DNA from: Dehalococcoidia bacterium
GTDB taxonomy: Bacteria; Chloroflexota; Dehalococcoidia; Bin125
Reading direction: 5' to 3'
Length of the DNA: 64,000 nucleotides
NCBI GenBank assembly: GCA_022828105.1
Contig: JAJEJC010000001.1
Span: forward strand, 174,090-238,089
Positions 55,401 to 64,000 of the stretch are shown piece after piece; within the stretch, counting starts at the first letter, position 1; each line of letters opens with the position of its first letter. The notes beneath the pieces were generated by a model. That model was not told the DNA's origin, searched no databases, and worked only from the letters and a program-made list of their open reading frames with translations. The position numbers and the translations under genes were made by a program.

Positions 55401-55858
55401 TCTGCGGGTCCGGCATCGCCCGAGACACTGCGGCTCCGCAAGTCTGGTTGGGCAACCGGACGGCCAGGGTGCTCTTCTGGTCGCCGGACTGCGTCAGCGT
55501 GTCAATACCGGCAGGCGAGCTTGGCTTGGCAGACATCGCGCTGTTGGTGGAAGACGCGAGGCCGATTGTCGCGCTGGACGCTTTCGAGTACCGAGCTGAG
55601 CGGGTCGTGCGGCTGCGCAGCGGTTGGAACATGGTCACCTGGAGCGGGTCCAGCACCCGAGTCGGCAGCGCATTCGCTGCGTTGGCTCAGCGCAACTTCC
55701 GCGTCTTCGCCTGGGACACGGAAGGCCAGTTCTGGAAGATCTACGCGCCCGAACTGCCGGCCAGCCTGAACACGCTGCGGACGCTGACTCACGATCAGCC
55801 GCTGATGATCTTGCTCGACGACGCCGACGTCGACTGGCCGCAGCCTGCGCCTGAGTAG
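52457..55858 (+). CDS. Secreted S8 (subtilisin-like) peptidase with parallel beta-helix repeats and C-terminal IPT/TIG-like domains.
   Basis: Signal peptide MSRLMRICLLTLCAALALY. Catalytic Asp (AVISDG), His (MIEVIHDLAPGA) and Ser (GSSAAAPHVAAVAALL). The start at 52457 is 21 bp from the divergent upstream gene. Confidence 0.8.
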   Translation: MSRLMRICLLTLCAALALYMQAGVGHGAESRADLRLHVDVRVERVKPETQLLLQRAGLEIELAVPELSRWQGWVSTDRISELRRADGVLSVRTPRYARFAAGSALSEGDEALNAAAARTRFNVNGSGIRIAVISDGIVGLQEAQQLGEAPKLVDAEAFGAGSLGGGEEGTAMIEVIHDLAPGAAISFAAVETDLDHIAAVKHYAQIVDIIVDDVAYPLPADQRSEVSRNTTAALEHPDWPLRVYVTSAGNWAESHWSDGWRPGVDGRRLGLPTPGATHRFGAANEKDGAEPLLGSGNGFQVQDGDRILVVLFWDDAWDRSSNDYNLYLVSDDGEVIASGETTQGIGSENHEPREYIEHRHQGEEATLYAVIQNPYNDAAPATLDLFVFNTGGPRPELAYFTPDASLLAQSDAGGAITVAAVNVGAQTVAAYSSRGPTLNGLDKPDLAAVDLVTVSEITAYSPRFRGSSAAAPHVAAVAALLLEAQPALLAADGGNPLLERRLIRDLLTETATDLPPPGRDRASGAGLVNAEAALNAAISDTAVVSSTRDDGPDTLRAALASGARFILFDGRPPERTISLRSPLPPIASGTIIDGTGWTLDASSVATGIALGADCELWGLTIRGGAESGVRVNGDHALVRRVGVEGSRVGVAVHGKDALIVEVDVRDNDAHGVWIGDGSSAELKDSRIESNGGAGVLVAAAALGARIGPEGEPPVAAPRFQDWPPIVPVSSAWSQPRSGPSRQLTGVVSLDGLPAPAGARVDVYLDRRLSASLLIDDQSRFRATVTGPGSELRFSVDGVAVAERVPFTAGSDLALNLRAVSATARSRTDPPSGGNLIRDNQAGIVIEDSAAGPRGPRLVWGNDVGGQRLDITSPWPAPTIAELSSNAAGVSVSGTAPGAATAHLYAGTAGVRHFVSAAPVVDGAFRFDGMDVEPSATHFSVLAQRPGDQTTSESNVLRIAVAGQIDRVTPDFGYIEGGETVQICGSGIARDTAAPQVWLGNRTARVLFWSPDCVSVSIPAGELGLADIALLVEDARPIVALDAFEYRAERVVRLRSGWNMVTWSGSSTRVGSAFAALAQRNFRVFAWDTEGQFWKIYAPELPASLNTLRTLTHDQPLMILLDDADVDWPQPAPE

Positions 55859-55913
55859 GCAGGTCGAGCGTCGCTATCATCGAGGCAACCTCCCCGGCAA
55901 TCCGACGACGAAA

Positions 55914-56762
55914 GTGAGCAGGACCATGGCGATCGGCAAGTTTGTGGAACCGCAACCGGGCGTAGACCTCGGAACGGCGCAGATCGTGATCGACGAACGA
56001 GCGCTCGACGACTACTACCGCGGACTGGAGATCGAGCAGCCGGGCCAGGCCGCCAGCGCGCCCTCGATGGTTGCTGCAAACGTCGACATGTCGACGCGCA
56101 TGTACTTCGAGAACGACTTCGGCAATCTCTGGCTGCGGCAGGAATGGGACTTCCGCAAGCCGCTGCAACCCGGCGCGACGTACGAAGCCTCGGGGCGGTC
56201 GTTGGACGTCTACCAGCGCCGCGACCGCAGCGTGATCCTGACCGAGACGGTGCTCAAGGATGAGTCGGGCGACGTGGCGGTGGTGCAGCGGCATCACCAG
56301 TCCTTCGTGCTGGACCAGAGCGAAGGCCAGGTGACGCTGCGCGATCCGTCGAAGAAGGAGGGGGCGCGATCCTACTCACTGCCCCAGGGAAAACCGTTCG
56401 GTCCGATCGTGCGCACGATCAGCCTGGAGATGTGCGGTTCCTTTTTTCACGGCGACCGCAACTACCACACGGACAAAGAGGCGTCGGAAGAGCTCGGATT
56501 CACCGACGTGGTCGTGGGCGGCAAGATGACGATGTCGCTGATCGGCGAGCTGTTGGATCGGCGCTTCGGCGACGCGTGGAAGTCGTCGGGCAAGCTGCTG
56601 GTCAAGTTCACCAACATCGTCTGGCCGAACGAGACGGTCCTTGTCAAAGGCGTATTGCAGGGCGCGAATTCCGACGATCCCTCACGCCGCGACATCGCCT
56701 GTTGGGTGGAGAAGGACAATGGCGTCATCGCGGTAGTCGCCGAGGGCAGCCTCGAGCTCTGA
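55914..56762 (+). CDS. Double hot-dog fold MaoC-like dehydratase.
   Basis: C-terminal GDRNYHTDKEASEELGFTDVVVGGKMTMS is the MaoC dehydratase motif. The N-terminal half is MaoC_N-like. Confidence 0.75.
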   Translation: MSRTMAIGKFVEPQPGVDLGTAQIVIDERALDDYYRGLEIEQPGQAASAPSMVAANVDMSTRMYFENDFGNLWLRQEWDFRKPLQPGATYEASGRSLDVYQRRDRSVILTETVLKDESGDVAVVQRHHQSFVLDQSEGQVTLRDPSKKEGARSYSLPQGKPFGPIVRTISLEMCGSFFHGDRNYHTDKEASEELGFTDVVVGGKMTMSLIGELLDRRFGDAWKSSGKLLVKFTNIVWPNETVLVKGVLQGANSDDPSRRDIACWVEKDNGVIAVVAEGSLEL

Positions 56763-56795
56763 TGCCTGAGAGCGGGAATCTGACTGCGCGGTCCG

Positions 56796-57068
56796 ATGTC
56801 CGATGACCTGACGGTCTTCGTCCCGATCGGTATGCGGCCGCTCACCGGGGGTCTGAGAACCGTTGCGGCCAGCGGCGCCACCATCTCACAGGTAATCGAC
56901 GATCTGGAGTCGCGCTATCCCGGCTTTCGCGTCTCGCTGGTCGAAGACGGACACCTGAAACCGAGTCTGACAATTGCCGTAAACAGCGTCGAGCAGCCAC
57001 TGGGTTTGCTGGCTCGGGTACCGGCGGGCGCGGAGATTCACATCATCCAGGCAATGGCCGGGGGCTAA
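56796..57068 (+). CDS. MoaD/ThiS-family sulfur-carrier-like small protein ending in Gly-Gly.
   Basis: 90 aa with a beta-grasp pattern and a C-terminal AMAGG. Confidence 0.75.
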   Translation: MSDDLTVFVPIGMRPLTGGLRTVAASGATISQVIDDLESRYPGFRVSLVEDGHLKPSLTIAVNSVEQPLGLLARVPAGAEIHIIQAMAGG

Positions 57069-57308
57069 AGGACCGCGATCAGGATTCCAACGACGCCCAC
57101 GGCGACGGCGATCGTTCCGATCAGGATCGCGGTGTGGCGATTGGCGCGGCGTTCGGCGTCGGCGTCAGCCTGGGCAATCCTGTACTCCATGCGAGCGTCC
57201 TGCTCCCGGAACCTGGCGTCAATACGGTCGAAACCGCCAAGCGATTGCAGCGAATATCCTGTTGAGGATGATGAATCAGCACTCTCCCAGCAGATCGAGG
57301 AGCCGCCG

Positions 57309-59597
57309 ATGACTACCGAAGCCAAGCCAGCGTTCAACGTGGTTGGAACTCGCCCGATTCGGCCTGACGGCGTTGACAAGGTCACCGGCCGCGCCAACTA
57401 TGGCGCCGACATCGCACTGCCGGGCATGCTCTACGGTCGGATTCTGCGTTCGCCGCACGCGCACGCGCGGATCCTCAACATCGACACGTCGAAAGCGGAG
57501 GCGCTGGACGGCGTTCGTTGCGTGATCACGCACGACGACTTGCCCGGCGCATCCGACGCGATCCTCGACTTCGGCGAGAGCGTGTCGCCATACAAGTGGG
57601 TGCTGGAGCAGACGTTCGCCTCCGAGAAGGTGCTGTTCCAGGGTCATCCGGTCGCCGGCGTCTGCGCCACCGATCCGCACATCGCCGAGGACGCGCTGTC
57701 GCTGATCGACGTGGAGTACGAAGTCTTGCCGCCGGTGCTGTCGGTGCACGACGCAATGGCGGATGGCGCGCCGATCCTGCATGAGGGGATGAAGACGGTC
57801 GAGATGGTTGCCCGGTTCGTACCCGGCGACGGTCGAGGCGAGCGTGATTCGAACGTTGCCTCGCAGCTCGAGCTTGAGCATGGCGATCCGGCGGCCGGCT
57901 TCGAGCAAGCGGACATCATCCTTGAGGGCGAGTACGAAACGGCGGCGGCGCACCAGGGATACATCGAGCCGCAGACCGGCACCGCGTACTGGAATCCCGA
58001 CGGCACGCTGACCATCTGGACGTCGTCGCAAGGGCCGTTCGCGATCCGCGACACGGTCGCGCACATGCTCGGCATTCCCATGGCGGACGTGAAAGTCGTG
58101 CCGATGGAGATCGGCGGCGGATTCGGCGGCAAGACGAAGCCGTACATGGAGCCGGCCGCAGCGATCATGTCCAAGAAAACCGGCCGGCCGGTGAAGATGT
58201 ACATGAACCGCGAAGAGGTGCTGATCGGCACAGGTCCGACATCGGCGACCTACGTGCGCTGCAAGATCGGTGCCAAGAACGACGGCACGCTGGTGGCCGC
58301 CGAGGCGACGCTGGCGTACGAGGCCGGCGCGTTCCCGGGATCGCCTGTGGGCGCGGGCGCGTCCTGCATGTTCTCCTCCTACGACGTGCCCAATCTCTAT
58401 GTCAACGCGCTCGACGTGCTGACCAACAAGCCGAAAGCGCACGCTTATCGCGCGCCGGGGTCGCCTCAAGCAACATACGCCGTCGAGTCGCTGCTCGACC
58501 AGCTCGCCGAGCGGTTGGAGCGCGACCCGATGGAGCTGCGCGCGCAAAACACTGCTCGCGAGGGCACACGCCGGGCGGACGGGACGCGGATGCCGCAGAT
58601 CGGGGCTGAGGAGACGATGCAGGCGGCCATGGACTCGGCCCACTACCGTTCGGAACTCGGCATCGACGAGGACGGCCGCCTGCTCGGCCGCGGCGTTTCA
58701 ATGGGGTTCTGGCACAACGCCGGCGGCGAGTCATCGGCGTACGCCATGACCAACGCCGACGGAACGGTCAACCTGTCGTTGGGCTCGGTCGATATCGGCG
58801 GGCAGCGCGCCGGTCTGGCGATGCAGTTTGCGGAGTCGATGGGGATTGGCTACGAGCAGGTGCGGCCGCAGGTCGTCGACACCGACCAGATCGGTTTCAC
58901 CAACGTCACTGGCGGCTCGCGAGTTTCGTACGCCAGCGGCCTCGCCGTCCACGAAGCAGCGCTGGACATGCAGCAGCAACTGTCAGCGCGCGCGGCGCGA
59001 ATCTGGGAGTGCGACGAAGCCGCGGTCTCGTACGCGAATGGCGTCGTGCACGGTCCAGACGGCAAATCGATGCCGTTCGCGGAACTTTGCGGACAGCTAC
59101 AGCGGACGGGCGGTCAGATCCAGGGCGCGGCGGACGTGTCGCCGAATCGTCCGGGTCCCGCCTTTGCCTGCCACATCGTCGATGTAGCGGTGGATCAGGA
59201 CACGGGCAAGGTGGACGTCGTGCGCTACTCGGCGGTCCAGGATGTCGGCACGGCGGTGCACCCGTCCTACGTCGAAGGCCAGGTGCAGGGCGGCGTCGCT
59301 CAGGGCGCCGGCATGGCGCTGACGGAGGAGTACGTCTACTCGCCGGAAGGCCGGATGACCAACGCCAGCCTGCTCGACTACCGCATGCCGACCTCGCTCG
59401 ACCTGCCGGAGATCGAGACGATCCTGGTCGAGGTGCCCAACCCAAGCCATCCCTACGGGGTGCGAGGCGTCGGCGAGGTGCCGATCGTGCCCCCGCTGGC
59501 CGCCATCGCCAATGCCATCTACGACGCCACTGGCATCCGCATGAACTCGCTGCCGGCCAGCCCAACCAAGCTGCTGGATCGGCTGTTGGAGGAGTAG
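57309..59597 (+). CDS. Xanthine dehydrogenase / aldehyde oxidase family molybdopterin-binding large subunit (CoxL/XdhB-like).
   Basis: Ald_Xan_dh_C and C2 domains. Motifs GGGFGGK and ...QVQGGVAQG...E. GAGGAG ribosome-binding site. Start at 57309. Confidence 0.85.
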   Translation: MTTEAKPAFNVVGTRPIRPDGVDKVTGRANYGADIALPGMLYGRILRSPHAHARILNIDTSKAEALDGVRCVITHDDLPGASDAILDFGESVSPYKWVLEQTFASEKVLFQGHPVAGVCATDPHIAEDALSLIDVEYEVLPPVLSVHDAMADGAPILHEGMKTVEMVARFVPGDGRGERDSNVASQLELEHGDPAAGFEQADIILEGEYETAAAHQGYIEPQTGTAYWNPDGTLTIWTSSQGPFAIRDTVAHMLGIPMADVKVVPMEIGGGFGGKTKPYMEPAAAIMSKKTGRPVKMYMNREEVLIGTGPTSATYVRCKIGAKNDGTLVAAEATLAYEAGAFPGSPVGAGASCMFSSYDVPNLYVNALDVLTNKPKAHAYRAPGSPQATYAVESLLDQLAERLERDPMELRAQNTAREGTRRADGTRMPQIGAEETMQAAMDSAHYRSELGIDEDGRLLGRGVSMGFWHNAGGESSAYAMTNADGTVNLSLGSVDIGGQRAGLAMQFAESMGIGYEQVRPQVVDTDQIGFTNVTGGSRVSYASGLAVHEAALDMQQQLSARAARIWECDEAAVSYANGVVHGPDGKSMPFAELCGQLQRTGGQIQGAADVSPNRPGPAFACHIVDVAVDQDTGKVDVVRYSAVQDVGTAVHPSYVEGQVQGGVAQGAGMALTEEYVYSPEGRMTNASLLDYRMPTSLDLPEIETILVEVPNPSHPYGVRGVGEVPIVPPLAAIANAIYDATGIRMNSLPASPTKLLDRLLEE

Positions 59598-59622
59598 GCG
59601 CTGCAGCGCAGGATGCTGCGCT

Positions 59623-60354
59623 CTACTCGGCGTACTCGCGGGCGAGGTCGTCCAGCAGATCGACCATGAAACCGGGTGCGGAGAAGAAGGGCGAGTGGTC
59701 GGTGGACCACTCGACGACCCGGTCGGCTCGACGGGCGAGCGTGCGTTGACCCTCGGCGAGCAGCGCCTGGTCCTCGGTGCAGACGACGTAGGTGGTCGTG
59801 ATCTTGCTCCAGGCGGTGTCGCGCGGAGCGTCCTCAAGCGGGATCGCCGCCTCGTCGCGGACCAGTTGAGTTAGCGCGTGCTCGTAATCCTCGTCCGAGC
59901 ATTGATGGTAGAAGGCGTAGCGAATCTTGTCGTCCTGCACCGTAGTCGAGCCGTCTTCGCCGGCGATCACGGCCGTAGCGAGTTCGGGATTTACGAAGTT
60001 GTCAGGCATCGAGCCGTCGGTGTCGGGCATGATCGCGGTGAGGTAGACAAGATGCTTGACGTTGTCGTTGCCCAGCGGCGCCGTGGTCAGCGAGACACCG
60101 CCGAAAGAGTGGCCCAGCGCCACCACAGGGCCGTCGATCGCGTCCAGCGCAGCGCGGACGATCGCCTCATTCTCGGCGGAGTCGGTGACGCCGCGGAGCT
60201 GGCCGCTGGGCTCGTGCATTCGACGCCGCTCGACGGCGACGACCGGCACGCCGCGAGCCTCAAGGCCCCCGACGACCTTGTCGAAGCACCAGGGCCCGTG
60301 CCAGGCGCCGTGAATCAGTACGACGGTTGCCGGTGTGCTGTTAGCAGTGGTCAT
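59623..60354 (-). CDS. Alpha/beta hydrolase (esterase/lipase-like).
   Basis: VLIHGAWHG and the nucleophile elbow GHSFGG. Confidence 0.8.
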   Translation of the reverse strand: MTTANSTPATVVLIHGAWHGPWCFDKVVGGLEARGVPVVAVERRRMHEPSGQLRGVTDSAENEAIVRAALDAIDGPVVALGHSFGGVSLTTAPLGNDNVKHLVYLTAIMPDTDGSMPDNFVNPELATAVIAGEDGSTTVQDDKIRYAFYHQCSDEDYEHALTQLVRDEAAIPLEDAPRDTAWSKITTTYVVCTEDQALLAEGQRTLARRADRVVEWSTDHSPFFSAPGFMVDLLDDLAREYAE

Positions 60355-60392
60355 GCGCTTACTCCTGCCGCTGTCGCACGCAGGCTAGCGGA

Positions 60393-60469
<77 letters not shown>

Positions 60470-60530
60470 ACGGGGGTCAGCGTACCATCGTCCCGCACTG
60501 AGGATGACCCGCCTGGGCTAAGATTGGGAC

Positions 60531-60815
60531 ATGGCACTCAACAAGTTCGCCTTCCACAACATCCTGGCCCAGGAGATGGACGCGCCCTCTTCCACTGCTG
60601 AGAAGCTGGCCGACCTCATTGACGAAGCGAACGACGAGCTAGTCACCAAGCAAGACTTGGCAGCAACCGAGGCTCGGCTTCGAAACGAGTTAGCGGACTT
60701 TCGAGCTGAGTACCTCGCAGAAATGAACCGACATCTCCGCTGGCTGATGACGGCGGCCATCACTCTCGGTGGGGCGATGATCGGTTTGCTCGCCTTCATC
60801 GCAACAAAGATCTGA
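60531..60815 (+). CDS. DUF1640-like coiled-coil protein with a C-terminal membrane anchor.
   Basis: TKQDLAATEARLRNELADFRAE coiled coil, then the TM segment AITLGGAMIGLLAFIATKI. Confidence 0.6.
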   Translation: MALNKFAFHNILAQEMDAPSSTAEKLADLIDEANDELVTKQDLAATEARLRNELADFRAEYLAEMNRHLRWLMTAAITLGGAMIGLLAFIATKI

Positions 60816-60841
60816 CGCACAATCACGCGGTCGCTTGCGGG

Positions 60842-61300
60842 CTAAGCGTTCTGCGGCCGCTTGAGCATCATGCCTGCTCTTCGGCACTTCACGACCAGCT
60901 CACCCCGCTGATTGATCCCGCGATGCTCGAAAATCACGATCCCTCGATCGGACCGACTCCGTGATTCTCGTCGTTCGATTACCTCGGTTTCGCATGTGAT
61001 CGTGTCGCCGATGAAGACGGGGTTGGGGAACGTGGTTTCGTCGAAGCCCAGGTTGCCGAGCGTGGTGCCCAGCGTGGTGTCGGCGACGCTCAGGCCGACC
61101 GCCAGCCCGAGCGTGAAGATGCTGTTGACGATGCGTTGGCCGAACTGCGTGTTGCCCGCGAACTCGGCGTCGAGATGTAGCGGCTGACTGTTGTGCGTGA
61201 GGGCGGTGAAGAGGAGATTGTCGGCCTCGGTCACGGTGCGCGACGGCTCGTGCCGAATCACGAGCCCCGGTTCCAGTTCCTCGAACCACTTGCCGGGCAT
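60842..61300 (-). CDS. MaoC-family (R)-hydratase / dehydratase.
   Basis: [12 protein letters not shown] and [13 protein letters not shown] MaoC motifs. GGGGAG ribosome-binding site before the ATG at 61300. Confidence 0.8.
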   Translation of the reverse strand: MPGKWFEELEPGLVIRHEPSRTVTEADNLLFTALTHNSQPLHLDAEFAGNTQFGQRIVNSIFTLGLAVGLSVADTTLGTTLGNLGFDETTFPNPVFIGDTITCETEVIERRESRSRSDRGIVIFEHRGINQRGELVVKCRRAGMMLKRPQNA

Positions 61301-61314
61301 GCCGGTCTCCCCGC

Positions 61315-62025
61315 CTACGCGAAGCGCGCCATGTCGTCGGCGGCGTATTGGGCGACCGCGCGGTCGGCGACCGCGGTTTCCTCCAGTCGCTCCAACAGAC
61401 CGGAAAGCTGCGCAGCCGGGATGGCGCAGGTTACCTCGGCGTTGGGCATCTGCGTGCGGACGCGCGAGAGCTGGCAACCGACCGATGCCGCCATTTCACC
61501 GGCCTTGGCGATGGCGATGATGTGACACTGCGGCTTGCCCTCAATGCGCAGGTCGGGGAAGGCGTCGTGCAACACCATCAACTGGCGTCCGGTGATCCGC
61601 AGCAGCACGACATCGGGGTCGGACGGCGACTCGCCCAGGGGTCCGTAGACGACCTCCTCCGGCTTCTCCTCGACAACGGGAATGGCCATTGCGGCTTCGG
61701 GGGTGACCCAGCCCGATTCGAGCAGCGCGCCGACATCACCGCTCTCCAGCACGTCGCCGAGTTCGAGGAATCCGTGCGTGACCGATCCAACAGAGCAGTT
61801 GCGGTGATCGGCGGCGACGGTGGAGAAGGTGCGGTCGGCGGCGTGCATCCAGAACACGCAACCTGCCGAGACCCGGCCGGTGCGCCCGTCGTCGGACGGC
61901 GCTGGCATCGGATTGTCGAAGCCCGCGACGCCCGAGGGCGCGTCGTGGAAGGTGATCGCGAGCGGCGCGTTGGCGAGCCCAAGCGCGCCTTCGAGCTGCT
62001 CGGAGAGTTCGGTCCAGTTGGTCAT
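61315..62025 (-). CDS. DUF169-family protein.
   Basis: Length and conserved Cys/His pattern (CVFWMHAAD...[10 protein letters not shown]) resemble DUF169. Low certainty. Confidence 0.5.
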   Translation of the reverse strand: MTNWTELSEQLEGALGLANAPLAITFHDAPSGVAGFDNPMPAPSDDGRTGRVSAGCVFWMHAADRTFSTVAADHRNCSVGSVTHGFLELGDVLESGDVGALLESGWVTPEAAMAIPVVEEKPEEVVYGPLGESPSDPDVVLLRITGRQLMVLHDAFPDLRIEGKPQCHIIAIAKAGEMAASVGCQLSRVRTQMPNAEVTCAIPAAQLSGLLERLEETAVADRAVAQYAADDMARFA

Positions 62026-63350
62026 GCGTGAGTTCCTTCACTCGGAACCGCGCCGGGGCGCTGAAAGGCCTCGCGCAGCGTAGGCGGGAAGAGCCGCCAG
62101 TGGCTCGGCAGCATCGCCGCCGCGCAGCCAAGATAGATGACCCCGAAGATCCAGCGAATCAAGTTGTTTTCCTGGAAGAAGAACTGGCTGATCAACTGGG
62201 CCAGGAAGACGCCGAGCAGCGCGAAGCCGGCCCGCGCTGTGAGCTGGCGGTCGATGATCAGCATGACGCCGAAGATCGACTGCGCAGCGGTGATAAACAC
62301 CTCCGCCACCTGCGTGTCGCTCGACGTGATCCCCGACAACGCGCCGCCGCCGGCAATGTAGGCAATCGGCACCGACGCGATCAGCAACGTCCACTGATTG
62401 ACCTTGCTGGAGATGAGCATGTTGACGCCCAACCCGGCCGAGCCTCGCCAGACCAGGTAGAGCGCGGCCAGGAACTCGGGAGACTCCGAGGCGAGTGGCG
62501 CGATCCATTGGATCACGAAGAACTCGCCGATGCCTACGTCGCGGCCGACGTATTCGAGTCCGTGCACGAACGGCTCGGCGGCGAGCCCGATCACGATGGC
62601 CGAGTAGACGATGCAGAAAATCACCGTCGCGCGGCGCGGCCAGGGCGGCAGGCGTCCAATGGCTTCCGCCGGGCCCTCCAGGTCGGGCTCGTGGACGGGA
62701 GCGCGCGCGAGCCGGATCACGTACCAGAGAAACAGCACGCCCAGCAGGATCGTGTCTTCGAGCGCGATGCGTCCCTTGGCGACGATCACGAACGAGTAGA
62801 GCGTGGCGACAATCAGGATGCCGATGTCGAGCGTGATGCCGCGCGGCAGTGTCAGCTCGGGCTCGGTGCCGTCGTTGGGGCGGCCGCGCAGGTCTCGCCA
62901 GGCGTGGCGGGCCGTGGACATGATCAGCTCGCGCGGGCCCGCCGCCTTCCAGGCGAAGAGGAAGATCACGGTCGCCCAACCGACGCCGAGCAGCAATCGG
63001 TTGGCGCCGGTCATGTTGGCCAGCGCCAGATTGGCCTTCTCCGAGAAGCCGGCGAACGCCACCGGATCGGAGGCGAACTGGCCTGCCTCGAACGCGAGGA
63101 GCAGGTCGACCGCGTACTCGGGCAGCACGGCGATGAAGGCGACCAGGGCGACGGCCAGCGCCGCCGGAATGTCGTGCTGCGACGCCTCTGCGCCGGAGGA
63201 GATGAGGAACGCCGCCGTCAGGATCGCCAGCCCGGAGATGGCCACCTCGAGGTACGTATCCAGCTCGATTCCGCCAAGCCGGAAGACCAAGGAAGGGATA
63301 CCCGCCAGGACAGCAAGGATCAGCAGCGTCCACGGAGATCGAAGGTTCAC
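62022..63350 (-). CDS. CaCA-family cation/Ca2+ antiporter (YrbG-like Na+/Ca2+ exchanger).
   Basis: Two alpha-repeats (GAEASQHDIPAAL...; ...SESPEFLAAL) and 10+ TM segments. Confidence 0.8.
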   Translation of the reverse strand: MNLRSPWTLLILAVLAGIPSLVFRLGGIELDTYLEVAISGLAILTAAFLISSGAEASQHDIPAALAVALVAFIAVLPEYAVDLLLAFEAGQFASDPVAFAGFSEKANLALANMTGANRLLLGVGWATVIFLFAWKAAGPRELIMSTARHAWRDLRGRPNDGTEPELTLPRGITLDIGILIVATLYSFVIVAKGRIALEDTILLGVLFLWYVIRLARAPVHEPDLEGPAEAIGRLPPWPRRATVIFCIVYSAIVIGLAAEPFVHGLEYVGRDVGIGEFFVIQWIAPLASESPEFLAALYLVWRGSAGLGVNMLISSKVNQWTLLIASVPIAYIAGGGALSGITSSDTQVAEVFITAAQSIFGVMLIIDRQLTARAGFALLGVFLAQLISQFFFQENNLIRWIFGVIYLGCAAAMLPSHWRLFPPTLREAFQRPGAVPSEGTHA

Positions 63351-63410
63351 TGGAACAGCGTAGTCAGCAATCCCGTGAACGCCAGCGCCGACCGGGCGCA
63401 GGAACGCAGT

Positions 63411-64000
63411 TCAGGCGTCGCCCAGCCTCGCCAGCGCGTCCGACAGTGCCGGGTCCCAGTCCGACTCGGCGAGCCGGCGGGGCGGCGTGAAGCGGAGTTG
63501 GGTGGGACCGATCTCGATCTGGCGCGGCACGGGGATGCGGCGCTGGGCGTCGCTGAAGCGGAGACCGGGTGCGAGGCGAATGACGACTCGGTCGCCCTGC
63601 GACTGGATCGACTCGGCGCCGATTCTCGAGGCCAGCACCTTGAGCTTGAGCGCGCCGAGCAGATTGCGCGCCGGTAGCGGGAGCGCGCCGAATCGATCCT
63701 GCAGCTCGCGTCCCAGTTCCTCGACCGTCTGCGGCGACGCTGCCGCGGCCAGACGCTGATAGAGCGACATGCGCAGGCCGGTGTCGTCGACGTAGGACTC
63801 GGGCAGGAAGCTGGGCACCGCAAGGTCGACGCTGACCCGCGTGCCCTGCTGCGTGCTGACCGTAAGTTGGCCGGAACGCCTGGAGCGGGCGCGCTCGACT
63901 GCTTCTCCCAGCAGTTGCGTGAACAGCGTAAAGCCGACCGCGCCGATGTGTCCCGATTGCTGCGCGCCGAGCAGGTTGCCGGCGCCTCGAATCTCCAGGT
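63411..64000 (-). CDS. mfd: Transcription-repair coupling factor Mfd, C-terminal part. The gene continues beyond the window.
   Basis: The C-terminal TRCF domain (PESYVDD...LYQRLA...ELQDRFG.LP) and the upstream in-frame LEIRGAGNLLGAQQSG helicase motif VI run to the window edge. Confidence 0.8.
   Translation of the reverse strand, partial: LEIRGAGNLLGAQQSGHIGAVGFTLFTQLLGEAVERARSRRSGQLTVSTQQGTRVSVDLAVPSFLPESYVDDTGLRMSLYQRLAAAASPQTVEELGRELQDRFGALPLPARNLLGALKLKVLASRIGAESIQSQGDRVVIRLAPGLRFSDAQRRIPVPRQIEIGPTQLRFTPPRRLAESDWDPALSDALARLGDA

Noticed and set aside
57276-59837. Minus-strand ORFs opposite the Mo-hydroxylase gene.
   Set aside because: Antisense artefacts.
62028-63677. A 549-aa + strand ORF and the alternative minus frame 62038-63333.
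   Set aside because: Antisense or alternate frame of the CaCA antiporter. Arg/Asp-rich low complexity.

Overview
This is a 64-kb, ~67% GC, gene-dense bacterial chromosomal segment. GGAGG-type ribosome-binding sites, many Uma2/DUF820 endonuclease paralogs, DUF309, and large duplicated FtsX permeases suggest a Terrabacteria lineage such as Chloroflexota/Thermomicrobia, but this is unproven. About 60 protein genes, one tRNA-Pro(GGG), and no rRNA, CRISPR, transposase or integrase were recognised. Most genes are housekeeping or accessory metabolism, including a class III aminotransferase, metF, iscA, nuoB/nuoI, a NuoG-like protein, an IscS-like desulfurase, hisG, a ClC channel, crcB, and a dUTPase fused to DUF309. 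The strongest structured signal is a ~55-65 bp G/C-rich palindromic repeat family. Six copies sit between 4.3 and 27.5 kb, all in the same orientation, and one of them is inserted in frame inside metF, which resembles the Rickettsia palindromic elements that insert into genes. A second small hairpin family (CCTGC-GTGAA-GCAGG) marks convergent gene ends. Other loci worth a second look are listed here.
- A flavin-dependent-halogenase-like gene carries both the GxGxxG and WxWxIP motifs.
- Two tandem ~1100-aa duplicated FtsX permeases have no ATPase nearby.
- An orphan nuoB-nuoI pair sits upstream of iscA-metF.
- A ~0.9-kb low-GC islet lies between a DUF2283 gene and a Uma2 pseudogene with an in-frame TGA.
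- Two Uma2 paralogs bracket tam and an AlkZ-like winged-helix DNA glycosylase.
- One protein is built from two degenerate NYN/LabA-like domains.
- A HpaB / LON-N / SMT-like methyltransferase / Rieske oxygenase cluster has translationally coupled genes.
- A Wzz/BY-kinase-like protein with a degenerate P-loop abuts a secreted S8 peptidase.
- A MoaD-like GG protein precedes an orphan Mo-hydroxylase large subunit.
Many long reverse-strand ORFs in the six-frame track are high-GC antisense artefacts and were rejected.
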